Under the pieces are notes generated by a model. The model did not search any database and was not told the origin of the DNA. It saw only the letters and a program-made list of their open reading frames with translations. From an uncultured Hyphomicrobiales bacterium (GTDB lineage Bacteria > Pseudomonadota > Alphaproteobacteria > Rhizobiales > TMED25), in the NCBI GenBank assembly GCA_905181735.1, contig CAJIYR010000008.1, positions 154,214 through 218,213 on the forward strand: a DNA stretch of 64,000 bases. The letters are read 5' to 3'. The position numbers and the translations under genes are program-made. Every line of letters starts with the position of its first letter. The first letter of the stretch is position 1. Shown here piece by piece: positions 59,686 to 64,000 of the stretch.

Positions 59686-60534
59686 ATGAATCTTATGTCA
59701 ATAGGCATCGTAGGCGCAGGGCAAATGGGGTCTGGTATCGCTTATGTTTGCGCAGCCTCGGGGTACAAAGTAAAACTGTACGACATTGATTCAAAATTAA
59801 TAAATATTGCATTAGAAAAAATTAATAAAAATTTATCCTATCAACTTAAGATAAAAAATATCAATCGAATAGAAAAAGAAGCCGCGCTTAGCTTAGTTGA
59901 ACCAATAAATAATCTAAATAAATTATCAAGTATTGACCTTGTTATAGAATGCGTAATAGAAAATAAGAAAATAAAAAGTGATATTTACCGAGAATTAGAG
60001 AAATATCTTAAAAAAGAAGCCATCGTTGCAACCAATACATCTTCATTATCTATATCAAACTTAGCCTCAACATTCATTAGACCTAATAAATTCATTGGTA
60101 TCCATTTCATGAATCCACCTCATATGACAAATTTAATTGAATTAATTAAGGGAGACTTAACAGACAGTAGCACTCTGAATATTGCAAGAAAATTTGTCAG
60201 ATCCTTGGATAAAAAATTTGTGATTTCAAAGGATTCTCCAGCATTTATTGTTAACAGGATTCTTATACCGATGATCAATGAAGCTATTTATACGCTAAAT
60301 GAAGGTGTAGCCGATGTTAACTCTATTGATCAAGCTCTTAGGCTTGGGGCAAACCATCCTATGGGACCCCTGGAACTTGCAGATTTCATCGGACTTGATA
60401 CTTGCTTGTATATACTGCAGACATTATATACTGAAACTTCTAACGAAAAATACAAACCTTGCCCACTTCTTGTTCAATATGTAGATAAGGGCTTGTTAGG
60501 AAAGAAAACAGGAAAAGGTTTTTACAAACATTAA
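59686..60534 (+). CDS. hbd: 3-hydroxybutyryl-CoA / 3-hydroxyacyl-CoA dehydrogenase
   Basis: IGIVGAGQMGSGIA and HFMNPP motifs. 282 aa. Confidence 0.88.
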   Translation: MNLMSIGIVGAGQMGSGIAYVCAASGYKVKLYDIDSKLINIALEKINKNLSYQLKIKNINRIEKEAALSLVEPINNLNKLSSIDLVIECVIENKKIKSDIYRELEKYLKKEAIVATNTSSLSISNLASTFIRPNKFIGIHFMNPPHMTNLIELIKGDLTDSSTLNIARKFVRSLDKKFVISKDSPAFIVNRILIPMINEAIYTLNEGVADVNSIDQALRLGANHPMGPLELADFIGLDTCLYILQTLYTETSNEKYKPCPLLVQYVDKGLLGKKTGKGFYKH

Positions 60535-60672
60535 TACTCCTTAACATCAATATCACAGTAGATAGATAGTTTTAAATAATATATAATACATATTTAATTA
60601 AGATTAATAACGTAATATAACATCATACTATTAGATAAAAACTATAAATATTGTTTAAAAAGAAAAAAATCT

Positions 60673-62052
60673 ATGGCTAATAAAATGTGGGGCGGCAGAT
60701 TCGCTAACAGTCCTGATAAAATAATGGAAATAATAAACTCTTCGATACACTTCGATATTCGACTCGCACTTCAAGATATTCAAGGCTCCATTGCGCACGC
60801 AACAATGTTAGGAGAAGTGTCTATAATCACAAAGGAAGAATCAAAGAAAATTGTTAATGGTCTAAAGGAAATAAAAAAAGAAATTGAGACTGATAATTTT
60901 AAAACTTCGGTTGCCCTAGAAGATATTCATATGAATATTGAGAATAGGCTAAATGAATTGATTGGAGATTTATCTGGAAAGCTGCATACAGGAAGATCGA
61001 GAAATGATCAAGTTGCAACAGACATAAAATTATATTTACGTGAAAAGATTAATTACATTATTGGATTAATCCAGGGCTATCAAAAAACGCTGTCTTTAAA
61101 TGCCCTAAAATATCACGGTACCATTATGCCAGGCTTTACCCATTTACAAAGCGCTCAACCAATTACATTTGGTCATCACTTGTTGGCGTATGTTGAACTT
61201 GCCGAAAGAGATAAAGGTCGTTTTGCAGATTGCCTAAAAAGATTAGATGAATGTCCACTTGGGGCCGCAGCACTTGCTGGAACATCTTACCCTATAGACA
61301 GATTCATGACCTCTAGTATTCTTGGGTTTAAAAAACCTATGGCAAATTCTCTTGACGCTGTCTCTTCGCGAGATTTACTCCTAGAAACAATGTCGATAAT
61401 CGCGATAACAGCAATTAACCTATCTAGATTTGCAGAAGAATTAGTTCTTTGGTCGTCAACGGAATTTAATTATATCAAATTATCAGATAAGTTCACATCA
61501 GGCTCTTCGATTATGCCACAAAAAAGAAATCCTGATGCAGCAGAATTAGTAAGAGCAAAATCAGGAAGAACAATAGGTTCACTTATTACATTATTTACAG
61601 TTCTAAAAGGCCTACCTCTCGCATACAGTAAGGATATGCAAGAAGACAAAGAGGCTCTTTTTGATTCAATAGATACTATTGAAATCTCTTTATTAGCACT
61701 AATTGGTATGGCTGGAGACATGAAACCAAATATTAATAAAATGTATTCTGCTTCAAAAGAAGGTTTTTCAATTGCTACAGATATAGCCGATATGCTAGTC
61801 ATAAAAATTGGAATCCCTTTTAGAGAGGCTCATAATATTGTTGGCAAAATGGTTGCCCTTGCAGAAAAAAATAACACCTGCTTAGACAAATTAGATCCAC
61901 AAGAAATACTTACAATAGACAAAAGAATACCAAAGGATATTATGAGTTTAATTACAATAGATAACATGGTTTTAAATAAAAGCTCATATGGAGGGACATC
62001 CCCGCATGAGGTATTAAAAAGAGCCAACGAGTGGGTTAAGCGCTTAAGCTAA
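60673..62052 (+). CDS. argH: argininosuccinate lyase
   Basis: MWGGRF N-terminus and the fumarate-lyase signature GSSIMPQKRNPD. 459 aa. Confidence 0.96.
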   Translation: MANKMWGGRFANSPDKIMEIINSSIHFDIRLALQDIQGSIAHATMLGEVSIITKEESKKIVNGLKEIKKEIETDNFKTSVALEDIHMNIENRLNELIGDLSGKLHTGRSRNDQVATDIKLYLREKINYIIGLIQGYQKTLSLNALKYHGTIMPGFTHLQSAQPITFGHHLLAYVELAERDKGRFADCLKRLDECPLGAAALAGTSYPIDRFMTSSILGFKKPMANSLDAVSSRDLLLETMSIIAITAINLSRFAEELVLWSSTEFNYIKLSDKFTSGSSIMPQKRNPDAAELVRAKSGRTIGSLITLFTVLKGLPLAYSKDMQEDKEALFDSIDTIEISLLALIGMAGDMKPNINKMYSASKEGFSIATDIADMLVIKIGIPFREAHNIVGKMVALAEKNNTCLDKLDPQEILTIDKRIPKDIMSLITIDNMVLNKSSYGGTSPHEVLKRANEWVKRLS

Positions 62053-62097
62053 CAACGAAATTTAACACCGTGATTAATAAAATTGAACGGAATTATT

Positions 62098-62235
62098 ATG
62101 ATAAAAAAATATACAATGCTATGCATAATTTTAGCTTTTACAGCTTCCCTCGCATCATGTGGAATAAAAGGTGCCCTAGAACCTATGTATGAAAATAAAT
62201 CTGAAAAAGATTTTATATTAGATGAATTAATTTGA
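62098..62235 (+). CDS. small lipoprotein (45 aa), LptM/YifL-like by position
   Basis: Below the ORF-track size cutoff. My own translation is MIKKYTMLCIILAFTASLASCGIKGALEPMYENKSEKDFILDELI, with lipobox LASC. It sits immediately upstream of lysA. Confidence 0.6.
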   Translation: MIKKYTMLCIILAFTASLASCGIKGALEPMYENKSEKDFILDELI

Positions 62236-62243
62236 GAAACTTA

Positions 62244-63509
62244 ATGAACTACATTGAATATAAAAAAAACATCCTAAATATCGAAAATTTAAGCATCATA
62301 GATATTGCCTCTAAACACCCCACACCTTTTTATTGCTATTCAAACAGCCATATTGTTGATCAGTATAATAAATTTTCAAAATCCTTAGAGAAAATTGATC
62401 ATAAAATATTCTATGCTGTAAAAGCTAATTCAAATCAATCAATTATTAAGATCCTTGCAAATCTTGGAGCTGGTATGGATGTAGTCTCAGGTGGGGAGTT
62501 GAAAAGAGCCCTTAATGCTGGAGTAAAGGGATCAGATATTATCTACTCAGGGGTAGGTAAAACAGACGAAGAAATTTCATATGCAATTGAATCCAATGTC
62601 TCGTGCTTAAATGTTGAATCGGAGTCAGAATTACATACAATAGATCAAATTGCCGCCGAAAAAAGGGTGAAAGCAAACGTTTCTATTAGAGTTAATCCAG
62701 ATGTAGATGCAAAAACACATGTTAAAATTACCACAGGAAAGGCAGAAAATAAATTTGGAATTGAATTTAATGATTCTGCAAGGGTGTATAAATTAGCTTC
62801 TTCTTTAAAAAATATAAATATCACAGGTGTGTCCATTCATATTGGTAGTCAAATAACAAGCCTAGAGCCCTTTCAAAAAGCATTTTTAATTATTCGTGAC
62901 TTGGTATCCCAGTTAAGAAAAGACGGCCACACAATAGATCATATTGATTTAGGGGGAGGTCTGGGGATAGATTACCATGAAAATGAAACTCCCCTCTCTA
63001 TCAATGATTATGGTGAATTAGTGTCATCCATCTTTGAAGGAGTAGGTGCGCAAATTTACTTTGAGCCAGGAAGATTCATAATAGGGAATTCAGGGCTATT
63101 AATTACAAAAGTGATTAATGTAAAAACCACACCTCAAAAATCATTTATTATAGTTGACGCCGGTATGAATGATTTTATTAGACCAACACTCTACGGGGCA
63201 TACCATGAGACACTACCTGTAATCAATAACCTTGGAACATCAAGTAAACGTTTTGACATCGTTGGCCCTATTTGTGAAACTGGTGATTTTTTTGCCAAAA
63301 ATAGAAAAATGAATTTTGTTAAAAAAGGTAGCCTGATTGCTCTAAAATCCGTGGGTGCCTACGGTGCGGTTCAATCATCCAATTATAACTCACGACCAAT
63401 GGCAGCGGAAATATTAGTTAGTAAAGACCAATATGAAGTTATTAGGCACGCCCAAAAAATTGATGATCTAATTAATTTGGATACTATAGCCACATGGCTG
63501 GATAATTAA
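62244..63509 (+). CDS. lysA: diaminopimelate decarboxylase
   Basis: FYAVKAN (PLP Lys), GGGLGI, EPGR and CETGD motifs. I prefer the ATG at 62244 (MNYIEY) over the TTG at 62232. Confidence 0.93.
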   Translation: MNYIEYKKNILNIENLSIIDIASKHPTPFYCYSNSHIVDQYNKFSKSLEKIDHKIFYAVKANSNQSIIKILANLGAGMDVVSGGELKRALNAGVKGSDIIYSGVGKTDEEISYAIESNVSCLNVESESELHTIDQIAAEKRVKANVSIRVNPDVDAKTHVKITTGKAENKFGIEFNDSARVYKLASSLKNINITGVSIHIGSQITSLEPFQKAFLIIRDLVSQLRKDGHTIDHIDLGGGLGIDYHENETPLSINDYGELVSSIFEGVGAQIYFEPGRFIIGNSGLLITKVINVKTTPQKSFIIVDAGMNDFIRPTLYGAYHETLPVINNLGTSSKRFDIVGPICETGDFFAKNRKMNFVKKGSLIALKSVGAYGAVQSSNYNSRPMAAEILVSKDQYEVIRHAQKIDDLINLDTIATWLDN

Positions 63510-63548
63510 TCAATATTTTACAATACAAAAAAATGATTGGAAAATAAT

Positions 63549-64000
63549 TTGATTGAACTAGAAAATGTTAGCCTAAGGTATAATCTCAATAGAGAGATAT
63601 TAAATAACGTTTCACTTACTATTGAACCAGGTGGCTTCTATTACGTTACAGGTTCTTCAGGTGCCGGAAAAACATCTTTGCTAAAATTATTATTCTTATC
63701 ATTAAAACCTTCAGAGGGGAAATTATCCGTCTTTGGTCACGATATATCAAAAATTTCAAATTATAAAAAACAATTATTAAGAAGAAGAATTGGCTTTGTA
63801 TTTCAAGACTTTAGACTTCTTAACCACCTGACGACTTATGAGAATATCGCCTTACCCCTTCGTGTCAGGGGAGAAAATGAAATGAATTACAAAAAAGATG
63901 TGATAGAGCTATTAAAATGGGTTAACCTTGAGCATTGTATACATTTAAGACCAGAGGTTTTATCTGGAGGAGAAAAGCAAAGGGCTGCTATAGCAAGAGC
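63549..64000 (+). CDS. ftsE: cell division ATP-binding protein FtsE (C-terminus outside the window)
   Basis: My own translation from the TTG at 63549 is (M)IELENVSLRYN...GSSGAGKTSLLKLL (Walker A)...LSGGEKQRAAIAR (ABC signature). The frame is open to the window end. Confidence 0.88.
   Translation, partial: MIELENVSLRYNLNREILNNVSLTIEPGGFYYVTGSSGAGKTSLLKLLFLSLKPSEGKLSVFGHDISKISNYKKQLLRRRIGFVFQDFRLLNHLTTYENIALPLRVRGENEMNYKKDVIELLKWVNLEHCIHLRPEVLSGGEKQRAAIAR

Overview
Visibly AT-rich, extremely gene-dense bacterial chromosome segment. I did not compute GC content. I count about 70 protein-coding genes and 2 tRNAs. I found no rRNA, CRISPR array, IS element, transposase, integrase or phage genes. 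Alphaproteobacterial hallmarks are present: a plant-type gshA, DUF2093 and DUF3035 proteins, ribF-ileS-lspA, hisS-hisZ-hisG, a tRNA-His without G-1, CIRCE-groESL, and etfBA-hbd. The very short spacers and overlapping stop codons suggest a streamlined Pelagibacterales-like lineage, but that is inference only.

Layout:
- 1-29.7 kb: housekeeping genes for LPS (waaA, lpxK), ubiA, purD, rRNA/tRNA modification, ileS, groESL, the his genes, moaA, scoAB and Fe3+ uptake.
- 29.7-52.4 kb: an accessory-looking stretch bounded by tRNA-His and tRNA-Leu. It holds an orphan 13-gene catabolic block (30.9-44.8 kb), a tusA/fdhD/mobAB/moeA molybdenum-cofactor cluster, and a second ThDP-enzyme/SDR unit.
- 52.4-64 kb: amt-glnK, dsbB, an esterase, gluQ, a PduO-type adenosyltransferase, etfBA, hbd, argH, lysA and ftsE.

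Most notable observations:
1. The orphan catabolic block, which includes a tandem pair of flavodiiron-like metallo-beta-lactamase-fold proteins and a HisD paralogue.
2. Three neighbouring, otherwise intact genes (55.4-57.9 kb) that have no in-frame ATG/GTG/TTG at the expected N-terminus. They appear to start at ATT, ATC or ATA.

All family assignments come from motif recognition by eye on the supplied translations, not from database searches.
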